Assembly (NCBI GenBank): GCA_015478665.1
Contig: JADMII010000004.1
Location: 80,586-144,585, forward strand
Direction: 5' to 3'
Length of the DNA: 64,000 nt
Source: Dehalococcoidia bacterium
GTDB lineage: Bacteria; Chloroflexota; Dehalococcoidia; DSTF01; JACRBR01
Every line of letters starts with the position of its first letter. Position 1 is the first letter of the stretch. Below are positions 47,071 to 57,713 of the stretch, piece after piece. The notes beneath the pieces are model-generated. The model had not been told where the DNA came from. It searched no databases and saw nothing but the letters and a program-made list of their open reading frames with translations. The position numbers and the translations under genes were made by a program.

Positions 47071-47186
47071 GTCCTTCGCCTCTCTCACATCGTCGGCATC
47101 GCCGCGCGTCCCATGGAGGCCCCGCATTCCCTGGCTGCTGCTCGCCCGGGGGCGGTTCGACCTCTCGCCGCGCCCTTCCTCGGCTC

Positions 47187-48752
47187 TTAATGCTTGAAGT
47201 GCCGGATGCCGGTCGTCACCAGCGCCATGCCGTGCGCATCGCAGACGGCGACGGAGTCCTCGTCGCGGATCGAGCCTCCCGTCTGGATCACCGCCGTCAC
47301 GCCGGCCGCGGCGCAGACCTCGGTCGTATCCGGAAACGGGATCAGTGCATCGGAGGCCGATACAGCTCCGCGCGCCTGCTCGCCTGCCGCGGCGACGGCG
47401 AGCCGAGCGCTCATCACGCGGTTCGGCTGTCCGGCGCCCATGCCGACCATCACCCGATCTCGTACTACTACAACGGCGTTGGACTTCACATGCTTCACGC
47501 AACGCCAGGCGTATAGCAGATCCGCCAATTCCCGGTCGGTCGGCTGGCGGCGGGACAGCACGCGCATCTCCGGCGGGTCGCTGGCGATCCGGTCCGCCTC
47601 CTGCACCAGCATGCCGCCGACGACGCCGCGGTACTCCATCGCCCGCTCGCCCATGCGCACCGGCGGCGCCTCGAGGATCCGCACGTCCTTCGACTTCTGG
47701 AGGAGCGCCAGCGCTCCCTCGCCGAACGCGGGCGCGATGATGATCTCGACGAACAGGCGCTGGCCGCTCGTCGGGTGCTTCGTGCCGCGGATCGCCTGCG
47801 CCAGCGCGTCATCGACGGGCCGGTTGATGGCGATGATGCCGCCGAACGCGGAGATCGGGTCCGCGGCGAACGCCAGCGCGAAGGCTTCCGCGAGCGCGTC
47901 GCGGCTGGCGATGCCGCACGGCGTCATGTGCTTGACGATGACGACCGTCGGCTCGGCGAAGTCGCAGACCGCCGTCCACGCCGCGTCGGCGTCGAGGATG
48001 TTGACGTACGACAGCGGTTTCCCATGCAGCACGCGCGCGTTCACGATGCCCTGCGACACCGTCTCGCGCGGGTCCGTGAGCCGGTAGAGCGCGCCCAGCT
48101 GGTGCGGATTCTCGCCGTATCGCAGCTCGCTCCGCTTCGTCAGTGCCAGCGTCATCTGGTCGGGGAACGGCGCCTCGAAGCCGCGCAGCCACGTCGCGAC
48201 CGCCGTGTCGTAGGAGGCGACGTGCTGGAACGCCTTCACCGCGAGCTTGCGGCGCCACTCGAGCGGCGCCGAGCCGCTGCGCAGCGCGTCCAGCACGTCG
48301 TTGTAGTCCGCCGGGTCGATCACGGGCAGCACATGCGCGAAGTTCTTCGCCGCCGCGCGGATCATCGTCGGCCCGCCGATGTCGATATGCTCGATCGCCT
48401 CGGCGAGCGTCACATCGGGACGCGCCACCGTCTCCTCGAAGGGGTAGAGGCCGCCGACGACGAGGTCGATCGTCGCCAGTCCGTGCTGTTCGAGCTCGGC
48501 GAGATGCTCCGGCACGTCGCGCCGGGCGAGGATGCCGCCGTGCACGCCCGGGTGCAGCGTTTTCACGCGGCCGCCGAGGATCTCCGGGAAGCCGGTGAGC
48601 TCGCTCACAGCGCGAACCGGCACGCCCGCGTCGCGCAGTACGCGCTCCGTGTTGCCGGTTGCGTACAGCTCGACAGCGAGCTCGGCGAGCGCGGCGGCGA
48701 ACGGCGGCAGCCCCGTCTTGTCGTAGGGCGCGAGGATGGCGCGGAGTGGCAT
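47187..48752 (-). CDS. purH: Bifunctional AICAR transformylase/IMP cyclohydrolase
   Basis: GFPEILGGRVKTLHP.VHGGIL, IDIGGPTMIRAAAKN, LRYGENPHQ, VKH..PCG, KHVKSNA, TGIRHFKH. Confidence 0.97.
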   Translation of the reverse strand: MPLRAILAPYDKTGLPPFAAALAELAVELYATGNTERVLRDAGVPVRAVSELTGFPEILGGRVKTLHPGVHGGILARRDVPEHLAELEQHGLATIDLVVGGLYPFEETVARPDVTLAEAIEHIDIGGPTMIRAAAKNFAHVLPVIDPADYNDVLDALRSGSAPLEWRRKLAVKAFQHVASYDTAVATWLRGFEAPFPDQMTLALTKRSELRYGENPHQLGALYRLTDPRETVSQGIVNARVLHGKPLSYVNILDADAAWTAVCDFAEPTVVIVKHMTPCGIASRDALAEAFALAFAADPISAFGGIIAINRPVDDALAQAIRGTKHPTSGQRLFVEIIIAPAFGEGALALLQKSKDVRILEAPPVRMGERAMEYRGVVGGMLVQEADRIASDPPEMRVLSRRQPTDRELADLLYAWRCVKHVKSNAVVVVRDRVMVGMGAGQPNRVMSARLAVAAAGEQARGAVSASDALIPFPDTTEVCAAAGVTAVIQTGGSIRDEDSVAVCDAHGMALVTTGIRHFKH

Positions 48753-48773
48753 CGTCAGGCAGGCCCCTTCGCG

Positions 48774-49838
48774 CTACGCACGCACAAAATGCCCGCCTTC
48801 AGACCTCAGGCCCGCCGGCGCCACCGTCACGGTGCGGTCGGCGTCGTCGGTGCAGGTGCCGATCCGCCAGCCTGCGATGCCGCAGTCGCGTCCGATCCGC
48901 AACGCCCGCTCGACGTCCGCCTCTGGCAAGACCGCGCAGAATCCGACGCCCATGTTGTACACGAGGTAGAGCTCCGCCGCATCGAGCTGCCCCTCCCGCT
49001 CGATGAGGCGGAAGATCGCCGGCGCCTCCGGCAGCGACTCGATGCGGAAGCCGACCAGCGGCGAGAAGCGCGCGAGGTTCAGGAAGCCGTCGCCGGTGAT
49101 GTGCGCCAGGGCGTGCACGTCGAGCTCGCGCAGCAGCCGCAGCGCCAGGCCGACGTAGATGGTCGTCGGCTCGAGGAGCTCTTCGCCGAGCGTGCGCCCG
49201 AGTTCGGCGACGTGCTGCGCCAGCCGCGTCGTCCGCTCGCCGACGAGCACCTCGCGCGCGAGCGTGAGGCCGTTGCTGTGGATGCCGGAGCTGGCGAAGC
49301 CGACGATCGCGTCGCCGCGCGCGATCCGCGCGCCGGTGACGATGCGGTCCACCGGCACGAGCCCCACGCAGGTGCCGACGAGGTCGACGCCGTTGACCAT
49401 CTCCCGTACCTGGGCGATCTCGCCGCCGGGGATGCTGATGCCGGCGAGCTCGGCGCCGCGGCGCAGGCCGACGGCGACCTGAGCGAGCACCTCCGGGTCG
49501 TCACGGTCGATGGCGATGTAATCCGTCATGGCGACAGGCTCGGCGCCGACGCAGACGATGTCGTTCGCGTTCATCGCCACGCAGTCGATGCCCACCGTAT
49601 CGAACTTGCCGAGCTGCCCGGCGACGATGAGCTTCGTGCCGACGCCGTCCGTCGAGATCGCCAAGCCGGTGTTGTTGCCGAGATCCAGCACGTTCGCGTA
49701 CAGCCCGAAGTCGAGCAGCGGCGCGCCGTCGCGTCCGGCGCGAAGCGCGAACGTCTCACGCAGCGCGTCGAGCATGCGCGGAAAGCCGCCAAGCTCCTCC
49801 GTCGTGCGGACGCCGGCCCGGCCGTAGGCGGAAGTCAC
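48774..49838 (-). CDS. purM: Phosphoribosylformylglycinamidine cyclo-ligase (AIR synthetase)
   Basis: [48 protein letters not shown]. Confidence 0.95.
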   Translation of the reverse strand: MTSAYGRAGVRTTEELGGFPRMLDALRETFALRAGRDGAPLLDFGLYANVLDLGNNTGLAISTDGVGTKLIVAGQLGKFDTVGIDCVAMNANDIVCVGAEPVAMTDYIAIDRDDPEVLAQVAVGLRRGAELAGISIPGGEIAQVREMVNGVDLVGTCVGLVPVDRIVTGARIARGDAIVGFASSGIHSNGLTLAREVLVGERTTRLAQHVAELGRTLGEELLEPTTIYVGLALRLLRELDVHALAHITGDGFLNLARFSPLVGFRIESLPEAPAIFRLIEREGQLDAAELYLVYNMGVGFCAVLPEADVERALRIGRDCGIAGWRIGTCTDDADRTVTVAPAGLRSEGGHFVRA

Positions 49839-50048
49839 GCTGGTCGAACCTCCATGCCTCAGGGTAACAGGCGCGATGCGTAGAGACGACGGGCGGGCGA
49901 GAGCGGTGCAGGTGGAAGGGCCGGATCGGCCGCATCGACGAGTGCGGCGCTGCCGGCTGCCACCTGTGGTGGCGCAGCGGTGGCGCGCGGCTCTTGTCGC
50001 CGACCCTTCGATCCAACGCAGCGATCGCTGGGAGCGGGCGGCTCGTGC

Positions 50049-51503
50049 TTACAGTCGTCGCCGCGGCAGCGTGTACTCGACCTCGTGCCGGTCGAGGGCG
50101 CCGGCGTCGGACTCCATCGCCAGCTTGTCCATCTGCAGCGGCACCGGGCCCGGGTACTCGCCCGTGAAGCAGGCGGTGCAGAGCCGGTCCTTCGTCGCGG
50201 TGACGGCGTTCATCAGCCCTTCCGCGCTCAGGTAGCCGAGCGTGTCGACGCCGATGTGCTCCTGGATCTCGGCGACGCTCTTCTGCGCCGCGATCAGCTC
50301 CCAGCGCGTGCCCATATCGATGCCGTAGAAGCACGGATGGGTGATCGGCGGGAAGGTGATCCGCATGTGCACTTCGCGCGCGCCGGCCTTCCGCAGCATC
50401 TGGATCACGCGCGCCGTCGTCGTGCCGCGGACGATGCTGTCATCGACGAGGACGACGCGCTTGTCCTGCAGCATCTCGCGCAGCGGGTTGAACTTCAGGT
50501 GGACGCCGATCTCGCGCAGCCGCTGATCCGGCTGGATGAACGTCCGCCCGACGTAGCGGTTCTTCACCAGCCCCTCGACGAACGGCAGACCGGACGCCTG
50601 CGAGTAGCCGATCGCCGCCGCTGTCGCCGAGTCCGGCACGCCGATGACGATGTCGCCGTCCGGCGCCGGGTGCTCCTTCGCCAGCTCGCGGCCGAGGTTC
50701 ATGCGCAGCGGGTACACGAGCTTGCCGTCGATCAGGCTGTCCGGCCGCGAGAAGTAGGTGTACTCGAAGACGCAGAACGCCTTCCGCTGCTCCTCGATCG
50801 GCTTCAGGCTCTGGAGGCCCTCGGCATCGATGTAGATCACCTCGCCCGGCTCGATCTCCCGGATGAAGGTGGCGCCGAGGTGGTCGAAGGCGCAGCTCTC
50901 GGAGGCTGCCACCCAGCCGGCATCGAGCTTTCCGAGGCACAGCGGCCGGTTGCCCATCGGGTCGCGCGCCATCATGATCGCGTCGGGCGTGATCACGGCC
51001 AGCGAGTAGGCGCCGTTGAGCTTGCGCATGACGTGCGCCCAGCGCTCCTTCCAGTCGAGGCCCGGCGCATGCGCGAGCAGCTGGGCGATGACTTCGGAGT
51101 CGCTGCCGGTGGTGAAGGACACGCCGGAACGTTCGAGCTCGTCGCGCACCTCGGCGGCGTTGACGATGTTGCCGTTGTGGCCGAGCGCCAGCTCGCCATT
51201 GGGGCCGCTGACGCGGTACGGCTGCGCGTTGCAGGCGTTGCTCGAGCCGGTGGTCGAGTAGCGCGTGTGGCCGATGGCGAATTTGCCGGGCAGGTAGCTC
51301 AGGTCGTCCTCATCGAACACCTGTGAGACGAGCCCCATCCCGGTTTTAAGATAGAGGGTGCGGGAGTTGGATGTGGCGATGCCGGCGCTCTCTTGCCCGC
51401 GGTGCTGCAGGGCGTAGAGGCCGAAGAACGTGATCCTCGCGACATCCTCGCCGGGCGCGTACACGCCGAAGACGCCGCAAGCCTCGCGCAAGCTTGGGAG
51501 CAC
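50049..51503 (-). CDS. purF: Amidophosphoribosyltransferase
   Basis: [62 protein letters not shown]. Confidence 0.97.
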   Translation of the reverse strand: MLPSLREACGVFGVYAPGEDVARITFFGLYALQHRGQESAGIATSNSRTLYLKTGMGLVSQVFDEDDLSYLPGKFAIGHTRYSTTGSSNACNAQPYRVSGPNGELALGHNGNIVNAAEVRDELERSGVSFTTGSDSEVIAQLLAHAPGLDWKERWAHVMRKLNGAYSLAVITPDAIMMARDPMGNRPLCLGKLDAGWVAASESCAFDHLGATFIREIEPGEVIYIDAEGLQSLKPIEEQRKAFCVFEYTYFSRPDSLIDGKLVYPLRMNLGRELAKEHPAPDGDIVIGVPDSATAAAIGYSQASGLPFVEGLVKNRYVGRTFIQPDQRLREIGVHLKFNPLREMLQDKRVVLVDDSIVRGTTTARVIQMLRKAGAREVHMRITFPPITHPCFYGIDMGTRWELIAAQKSVAEIQEHIGVDTLGYLSAEGLMNAVTATKDRLCTACFTGEYPGPVPLQMDKLAMESDAGALDRHEVEYTLPRRRL

Positions 51504-51606
51504 GCGTACCTCCTGCCCTAAGGACAGTGCTCCTCAGAAGGGCCCGCCACGCGAGACCCCTCTGGATCGGCAGTGTAGCAGGGCCCGGCGCGCGAGGGGA
51601 AGCGGC

Positions 51607-51637
51607 CGCTGTAGCGCGATGTCTCTGGACGAGATCA
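51607..51637 (-). repeat. Second copy of the 31-bp dispersed element at 25689-25719
   Basis: TGATCTCGTCCAGAGACATCGCGCTACAGCG vs TGATCTCGTCCAGAAACATCCCGCTACAGCG (29/31). Confidence 0.8.
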
Positions 51638-51746
51638 GCGGCGGTTCGGTGTTCATGTTGGATCTTGGAGGATTGTTCCGCGCAGGTTCGGGGCACGCGC
51701 ACGATACAATCCCGCGATGCGGTTCATCCGAAGCCCTCATCCCCGG

Positions 51747-51881
51747 CCCCGCTCCCACAGGCGAGAGGGGAGCAGGAGGAGCCTACGACCTCCCCCTCCT
51801 CTCTCCCCCCGCTCCCACAGGCGAGAGGGGAGCAGGCAGCCGGCGCTCACCCCGGCGCCGCTCCCACACGGCGAGAGGGGA
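51747..51881. repeat. REP-like tandem cluster: two identical 30-mers plus one degenerate copy
   Basis: CCCCGCTCCCACAGGCGAGAGGGGAGCAGG at 51747-76 and 51807-36; CCGCTCCCACACGGCGAGAGGGGA at 51858-81. Confidence 0.85.
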
Positions 51882-51969
51882 AGCTTGCCAGAGGAGCTTG
51901 TGGCCCCACACGCGGCAACCGTGGACATCGCACGTCCGACGTGTCCGCATCCCCATGCGACGCGCCGCG

Positions 51970-52166
51970 CCATCGCACACGCCGGCATGGCGCACGACAC
52001 GGCGATCGCATGAGGCGCCAATTCGCCGCAGGACGCGCGGCGATCGGCCGCCAGCATCCAGCATCCAGGGTCGCCCCCAACGCGCGCGAGGCGGCGGCGA
52101 TCGCACGTGCCCGCAGCAGGCGCGGCGCCCACCATCGCACACGCCCTCATGGCGCACGAGACGGCG
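51970..52166. repeat. 35-bp direct repeat pair
   Basis: CCATCGCACACGCCGGCATGGCGCACGACACGGCG (51970-52004) vs CCATCGCACACGCCCTCATGGCGCACGAGACGGCG (52132-52166), 32/35. Confidence 0.8.
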
Positions 52167-52203
52167 GCGAAGGCGCGCCGGGGCATCGGGCGGGCGCTGA
52201 TCG

Positions 52204-53475
52204 ATGAAGATCCTCCTCCTCCTGCACCAGGGGAACATGTACTCGGGCGGGCAGGGCGTGTACACGGCGCAGATCGCCCGCGAGCTGGCCGGGCTCGGGC
52301 ACGCTGTCCACTTGGTCGTCGGGCCGCCGTGGCCGCAGGTCGACGCTGCCGTCACGATGCACCGTCTGCCGTCGTACAGCGTGTACCGCTTGCTCGAGAC
52401 GCAGCGGACGTGGTTCTACGGGCGGCCGGCGCGCAGCTTCTTCGCGCCGCTCAACTTCTACGAGCTGGCGTCGAGCCGGTTCGGGCAGTTCTCCGTGATG
52501 TCGGCGTTCAGCTGGCGCGCCTACGCGAAGTGGCGTGAGCTGCAGCCGTTGCACCACTTCGATATCGTCCACGACGTGCAGGTGCTCGGCTACGGCTCGC
52601 TGATGATCCATGCAGCGGGCATGCCGATGGTCGCCAACATCCACCATCCGCTGTCGATCGACCGGATGAACCAGATCCAGCAGGCGCGCGGGACGCGGAT
52701 GAAGGCGCGGCGGGCGCTGTTCTATCCCTTCTTCATGCAGGAAGTGGTGGCGCGGCGGATGGACCGCATCATCACCGGCTCGCACAACTCGCGCGAGTCG
52801 GTCCAGCGGGCGTTCGCTCTGCGCGATGACCGGATCACCGCGATCCACGATGGCGTCGACACGCGCGTCTTCCGGCCGCTCGGGCTGGCGAAGCGGCCGC
52901 GCTCGCTGCTCTTCGTCGCCGGCAACAGCGACGACCGCAACAAGGGCGCGCGGTACCTGCTGGAGGCCGCCCGGCTGCTGCGCGACCGTGGCGTCGACTT
53001 TCACCTGACGCTGAAGGACCGCGCGGACGCGCAGATGGCGCCGGCGCTGATCCGCGAGCTCGGCATCGGCGAGCGTGTCACGCACCTGGGGCACGTCTCC
53101 GTCGACGAGCTGGTGCGCCTGTACAACGAGCACGAGCTGATGGTGTCTCCGTCGCTGTACGAGGGCTTCGGGCTGCCGGCGGCGGAGGCGATGGCGTGCG
53201 GCACGCCGGTCGTCGCGACGACGGCGGGCGCCTTCCCGGAGACGGTGGCTGCGGGCGAGACTGGCGTGCTGGTGCCGCCGGCGGACGCGCGCGCGCTGGC
53301 CGGAGCGATCGAAGGCCTGCTCGATGACCCGTCGCGGCGGGCGGCGATGGGCGCCGCGGGCGCCCGGCGGATGGCGTCGCTGTTCTCGTGGCGCGCCTGC
53401 GCGGAGAAGACGGTGGCGCTGTACGAAAAGGTGCTGCGCGAGCGTAGGGCGGCGCGACGAGGCGGATCGCGCTGA
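52204..53475 (+). CDS. Glycosyltransferase family 4
   Basis: GGQGVY, DIVHD, GVD..F.P, KG..LLEA, PSLYEGFGLPAAEAMACGTPVV, FSW. Confidence 0.92.
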   Translation: MKILLLLHQGNMYSGGQGVYTAQIARELAGLGHAVHLVVGPPWPQVDAAVTMHRLPSYSVYRLLETQRTWFYGRPARSFFAPLNFYELASSRFGQFSVMSAFSWRAYAKWRELQPLHHFDIVHDVQVLGYGSLMIHAAGMPMVANIHHPLSIDRMNQIQQARGTRMKARRALFYPFFMQEVVARRMDRIITGSHNSRESVQRAFALRDDRITAIHDGVDTRVFRPLGLAKRPRSLLFVAGNSDDRNKGARYLLEAARLLRDRGVDFHLTLKDRADAQMAPALIRELGIGERVTHLGHVSVDELVRLYNEHELMVSPSLYEGFGLPAAEAMACGTPVVATTAGAFPETVAAGETGVLVPPADARALAGAIEGLLDDPSRRAAMGAAGARRMASLFSWRACAEKTVALYEKVLRERRAARRGGSR

Positions 53476-53613
53476 TCGGGCGGCGATCCCTCACGCATAC
53501 GCTCATGGTCACGGGCTGCGAGACGTCGCTCCCGGCCTGTCGAGACGACGCGGCGCCGCCGCCGTTCCCGGGCGGCTCACCGGCGGTCGGTCAGCGGTAC
53601 GCCGCGCCGGGCG

Positions 53614-53823
53614 CTAGTCGTCGGCGGGCGGCTCGATCGGCGTCGTGACGAGCGCGCGGCCGATCCAGAACGAGATGTAGAGCGCGCCGAGGAAGCCGGC
53701 GGTGACCGGCAGCGCCAGCGCCAGGTACGACTTTCGCATGACGCCGATGAGGAAGGTGACGCCGGTGAGCGCGCTCAGCGCGCAGATGATCATGCCGTAG
53801 GTACGCGAGCGTTCCGCTCCCAT
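53614..53823 (-). CDS. Small two-TM membrane protein (69 aa)
   Basis: Two hydrophobic helices; RBS AAGGAGAG. Confidence 0.7.
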   Translation of the reverse strand: MGAERSRTYGMIICALSALTGVTFLIGVMRKSYLALALPVTAGFLGALYISFWIGRALVTTPIEPPADD

Positions 53824-54057
53824 CGCAGGCTCTCCTTTGGATGCTGCTGGTGTACGCCCGCCGTTATATCAGGCGGGGTACCGGGCCGCCAGCGGCGCGG
53901 TGGCGAAGCGGACGCGGTCGGGGCGAAGGATCCGCGCCCAGGCCAACGCAACGGGAGGCAGCGGACGCAGCCCTCGCTGGGCGCCGGTGTCGAGACGAAG
54001 CGAGATCGAGGCGGAAGGACCCGGACATCGGCCCCACGAGGGTGATCAGCGCCGGGC

Positions 54058-54600
54058 TCATCCGCCGTCGTCGAGCCAGGAAGCGAGGCACTCCATGACG
54101 ACGAACGAGTTGCCGCCGCGCCGCGAGCGGCCGCAGACCTGGAACCCGGCCTTGGCGAACGAACGCTGCGCGCGCCCGTTCCAGTCCAGCGTCTTCAGGT
54201 ACACGCGCCGGAACCGGGTGACTTCGATGATCCGTCGCACGAGCGTCTGGACGGCATCGGTGCCGTAGCCTCGGCTCCAGTATTCGCGCTCGCCGATCGT
54301 GATGCCGATCTCCGCCTCCCGGCGGGCGGTATCGATGTTGTAGTACATGACGTTGCCGATGTGCCGTCCGTGCAGGTCCTCGACGGCGAGGCTGTGGCGG
54401 TAGGGGCTGGGGTACGCCAGCTCGTCGCGATAGAGCGCCAGGTAGTCGTGGTAGGTCGCCGCGAAGGGCCGCGCCGCGTCGTAGCGGGCGAGCTCGGCGT
54501 CGCTGCGCCAGCGGAAGTCGTCGCGCGCGTCGGCGAGGCGCTTCTCGCGCAGCACGACGAGCGCGCCGCGCGCCACTTCGCCGTGTACGGTCGTCGTCAC
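54058..54600 (-). CDS. GNAT acetyltransferase (RimJ/RimL-like)
   Basis: HIGN, AEIGITIG..EYW.RGYG, N.RA.RSF.KAGF; GTG start overlaps the NUDIX stop. Confidence 0.88.
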   Translation of the reverse strand: MTTTVHGEVARGALVVLREKRLADARDDFRWRSDAELARYDAARPFAATYHDYLALYRDELAYPSPYRHSLAVEDLHGRHIGNVMYYNIDTARREAEIGITIGEREYWSRGYGTDAVQTLVRRIIEVTRFRRVYLKTLDWNGRAQRSFAKAGFQVCGRSRRGGNSFVVMECLASWLDDGG

Positions 54601-55058
54601 GCCTGCGCCTCCGCCTCGATCTGCCGCTGCGCGCGCTCGAGCATGCGCGCTTCGTTGCCGTGGGTGACCAGCGCCAGCGCCTCGGCGATCGGCAGCCAGG
54701 CGACGCGGTCGTACTCGCCGTCGTGCAGTTCGATGGCGCCGCTGCCGTCCGGTCGCATGAGGAAGTGGTGCACGGTCTTGTCGAACCGTACCCCCTGCGC
54801 CGGGCGGTCGAACGTGTACTCGATGCTCCCCAGCGGCACCTCGATGGTGACGCCGAGTCCCGTCTCCTCGCGCACCTCGCGCAGCGCCGTCTGCGCCAGC
54901 GTCTCGCCGTACTCCGGTGTGCCCTTCGGCAGCGCCCAGAGGCCGTCGGCGGTGCGGCCGCAGAGCAGGACTTCGCTGCCGCGCGGGCCGCGTCGGTAGA
55001 CGACGCCGCCCGCGGAGACGGCTTGCTCCGGCCGCAACTCCGATGCGCTGGCGCTCAT
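54597..55058 (-). CDS. NUDIX hydrolase
   Basis: SAGGVV, W.LPKG.....E....TALREVREETG Nudix box. Confidence 0.92.
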   Translation of the reverse strand: MSASASELRPEQAVSAGGVVYRRGPRGSEVLLCGRTADGLWALPKGTPEYGETLAQTALREVREETGLGVTIEVPLGSIEYTFDRPAQGVRFDKTVHHFLMRPDGSGAIELHDGEYDRVAWLPIAEALALVTHGNEARMLERAQRQIEAEAQA

Positions 55059-56011
55059 GCGTCATCCTCGTCGTCGTCGATCAGCAGGTCGAGCGGCGGC
55101 CGCAGGCCCAGCGGGTCCTCGGTGAAGTCGGCCTCGCTCAGCGCATCGCTCACCGCCTCGATCACCCGCTGGTCGCGGCTCTCTGCTGCGACGGCGTGCA
55201 GAACCGAGCGGGCTGCCGGGCCGCCGATCTGGCCGAGCGCGGCGATCGCCGCTTCCTGCACCTCGGCGTCGTCCTCGGCCGTGAGCGCGGAGAGGTCGGC
55301 GACGGCGTCCTCGTCGCCGATGGCGCCAGCGGCCATCGCCGCCTCGAAGCGCATCTCCGTGTCGTCGTTGTGCATCTCTTCGATGATCGTCGGCAGCCAG
55401 CCCGGGTCGGCGTTGCGGCCCATCGCATGCACGGCGCTGATGCTGAGCCGCCGATCGCCACTGGCGTACGCATCCTCGATGAGGTCGCGCACCCACTCCT
55501 TCGTCCGCACGCCGATCGCCTCGATGGCGCGGCCGCGCACCTCGACCAGCTCGCTTTCGTCGAGCGCTACGCGCCGGAGCGCCGTCTCCGCCGGCTCCGT
55601 CAGGCCGTCGTCGCGGCCTTCGAGCTCGGCGCGCAGCAGGAAGCGGCCCAGCCCGAGCGCCGCCTCGGCGCGGACGATCGCCTCGGGGTCGTCGAGCAGG
55701 CGGACGAGCACGCCGACGAGGTCGTCGCCCTCGTATTCCCAGAGCCCCTTCACGGACTCCGCGCGTACCTGCACGTCATCATCGACGAGGCCGATGAGGA
55801 AGACCTGGTCGAAGTCGAGCTCGACGTTGTCCTCGGTGAGGTCGGCGAGGCGGTCGATGATGTCGCGACGGCGCTGGACGCTCATCGTGCGCCAGGCGCC
55901 GAGGAAGCGTTCGCGCTCGACGCCGTGCAGGCGGCTCAGGCTGGTGAGGTCAGTCGCGTGGACGGCGGACGCTGGATCGTTGAGCTCCGTGAGCAGCGTA
56001 TCGAGGGACAA
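55055..56011 (-). CDS. HEAT-repeat (PBS-lyase-like) protein
   Basis: Repeated D.D..VR..A..ALG units; TTG start after AGGAG. Confidence 0.85.
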   Translation of the reverse strand: MSLDTLLTELNDPASAVHATDLTSLSRLHGVERERFLGAWRTMSVQRRRDIIDRLADLTEDNVELDFDQVFLIGLVDDDVQVRAESVKGLWEYEGDDLVGVLVRLLDDPEAIVRAEAALGLGRFLLRAELEGRDDGLTEPAETALRRVALDESELVEVRGRAIEAIGVRTKEWVRDLIEDAYASGDRRLSISAVHAMGRNADPGWLPTIIEEMHNDDTEMRFEAAMAAGAIGDEDAVADLSALTAEDDAEVQEAAIAALGQIGGPAARSVLHAVAAESRDQRVIEAVSDALSEADFTEDPLGLRPPLDLLIDDDEDDA

Positions 56012-56277
56012 GGAGCGCTCCTGCCGTCGTGCGCTCGCGCGGCCCGCCTGGCGCGGCTCGGCCGTCGTGGCGTGGGACCGATCGGCCGCCGCATTCAGTC
56101 TATGGAGCACTCTCACAGGGTGTCAACGGAACTGGGGGTAGGTTCGCCGACGGACAGGATCGCGTACGACGTCGCGTCGGCGAGGCTGGCAGGATCACGA
56201 GCGCGGGCGAAGACATCGGCCCGATGGCGATGACACCGAATGCTGGGCTGGACGCCGGCGATCGCCCTGCGCTTCCG

Positions 56278-57012
56278 CTACTCCGTCGAACGCTCGGGGA
56301 GCGCGGCGGCCGGCGCGGGCGAGCGGCGCCCAAAGCGGACGCGCAGGATCGCGCGGAGGACGCTCCAGCCGACGGCCGGCGACAGCTTCTTGCCGTCGTC
56401 GACGCCGCGCGGCTCGTACGACACCGGCACTTCGATGATCCGCTCGCCCTCCCGCAGCGCGCGGCAGGCGATCTCCGCATCGAGATCGAAGCCGTTGCAG
56501 CGGAGGTCGAGCGCGCGCGCGACGTCCGCGCGCATCACCTTGTAGCACGTGAGGATGTCCGTCAGGCGTGCGAAGAAGAGGATGTTCGCCGCCCAGGTCA
56601 GCGCCATGTTGCCGGCATAGCCGACGAGCGGCGTGCGGCCGCGCCCGCGCCCCTTGAAGCGCGACCCCAGCACGACGCGGGTGCGCCCTTCGATGATCGG
56701 CGCCAGCAGCAGCGGGATCTCGCCCGGGTCGAGCTCCAGGTCGGCGTCCTGCACGATGACGATGTCGCCCGTCGCCCGCGCGAAGCCGGTGCGGACGGCG
56801 CGGCCCTTGCCCCGCGCGGCGTCCTCCAGCACGAGCACGAGGTCGTCGGCCGGCGTTAGCGCCGCCAGCGCCTCCCGCGTGCCGTCGGTCGAGGCGCCGT
56901 CGACGACGATCAGCTCCTTCGCCATGCCGCAGTCGACCGCCCGCACCCGCGCGATCAGCGCACGCACCGTCTGGCGCTCGTTGCGGACGGGGATGACGAT
57001 CGAGAGCTTCAT
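56278..57012 (-). CDS. GT2, polyprenol-phosphate-sugar synthase (DPM1-like)
   Basis: LSIVIPV.NE, VVDG.STDGT, GKG.AV..G, QDADLE.DP, V.GSRF, IEVPVSY.PR...GKK. Confidence 0.9.
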   Translation of the reverse strand: MKLSIVIPVRNERQTVRALIARVRAVDCGMAKELIVVDGASTDGTREALAALTPADDLVLVLEDAARGKGRAVRTGFARATGDIVIVQDADLELDPGEIPLLLAPIIEGRTRVVLGSRFKGRGRGRTPLVGYAGNMALTWAANILFFARLTDILTCYKVMRADVARALDLRCNGFDLDAEIACRALREGERIIEVPVSYEPRGVDDGKKLSPAVGWSVLRAILRVRFGRRSPAPAAALPERSTE

Positions 57013-57713
57013 GCGTCACGCTCGGCGAGGATGCGGCCGGCGTCCTCGAGATGCTCGATGCGGTCGATCGCCAGCCACTCGCCGTCGAAGGCGTACGACC
57101 CGACGGCGCCGTCCGCGGCGATGATCGCGTTCGCCAGATCGGGCATGTCGAACGCGCGCCCGGATGGCACGCGCGCCAGCGCCGCTGCGGAGAGCGCGTA
57201 CACGCCGGCGCTCACCGTATCCGTCTCCGTCGGCTTCTCGACGATGCCGGTGATGCGCCGGCCGTCCGTGCGGATGACGCCGTAAGGGTGCTGCAGCTCG
57301 AACTGCCGCGTCGCCACGGTCAGCTCGAAGCCGCCATCGGCGTGGAACGCGGCGAGCGCGCGCAGCTCGAGGTCCGTGAGGATGTCGCCGTTCATCGCGA
57401 GCAGCGGCTCATCGGCCGGAAGCCGGCACTGCGCGCGTACGAGCGCCAGCGGGCCGGCCGTGCCGAGCGGCTCCATCTCGCGCACGTAGTCGATGCGCAC
57501 ACCGAGCGCCGCGCCGTCACGGAAGTAGGTCTCGATCAGCTCGGCGCGGTAGCCGACGGCGACGATGATCTCGTCGAGCCCCTGCGCCTTCAGGCGGCGG
57601 ATGATCTCCTCGAGGATCGGCCGCTCGCCGACGGGCAGCAGCGGCTTCGGGATCGTGTAGGTGAGGGGGCGCAGCCGGACGCCGCGGCCGCCGGCGAGGA
57701 TCACGGTCTTCAT
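57009..57713 (-). CDS. Sugar-phosphate nucleotidyltransferase
   Basis: ILAGGRG.RLRPLT..IPKPLLPVG, E.EPLGTAG, NGDILT, EKP. Confidence 0.9.
   Translation of the reverse strand: MKTVILAGGRGVRLRPLTYTIPKPLLPVGERPILEEIIRRLKAQGLDEIIVAVGYRAELIETYFRDGAALGVRIDYVREMEPLGTAGPLALVRAQCRLPADEPLLAMNGDILTDLELRALAAFHADGGFELTVATRQFELQHPYGVIRTDGRRITGIVEKPTETDTVSAGVYALSAAALARVPSGRAFDMPDLANAIIAADGAVGSYAFDGEWLAIDRIEHLEDAGRILAERDA

Noticed and set aside
51747..51881. Mini CRISPR array (30-bp repeat, 30-bp spacer)
   Set aside because: Only two exact repeats, unequal low-complexity spacers that partly resemble the repeat flank, no cas genes or AT-rich leader; REP-like is more parsimonious
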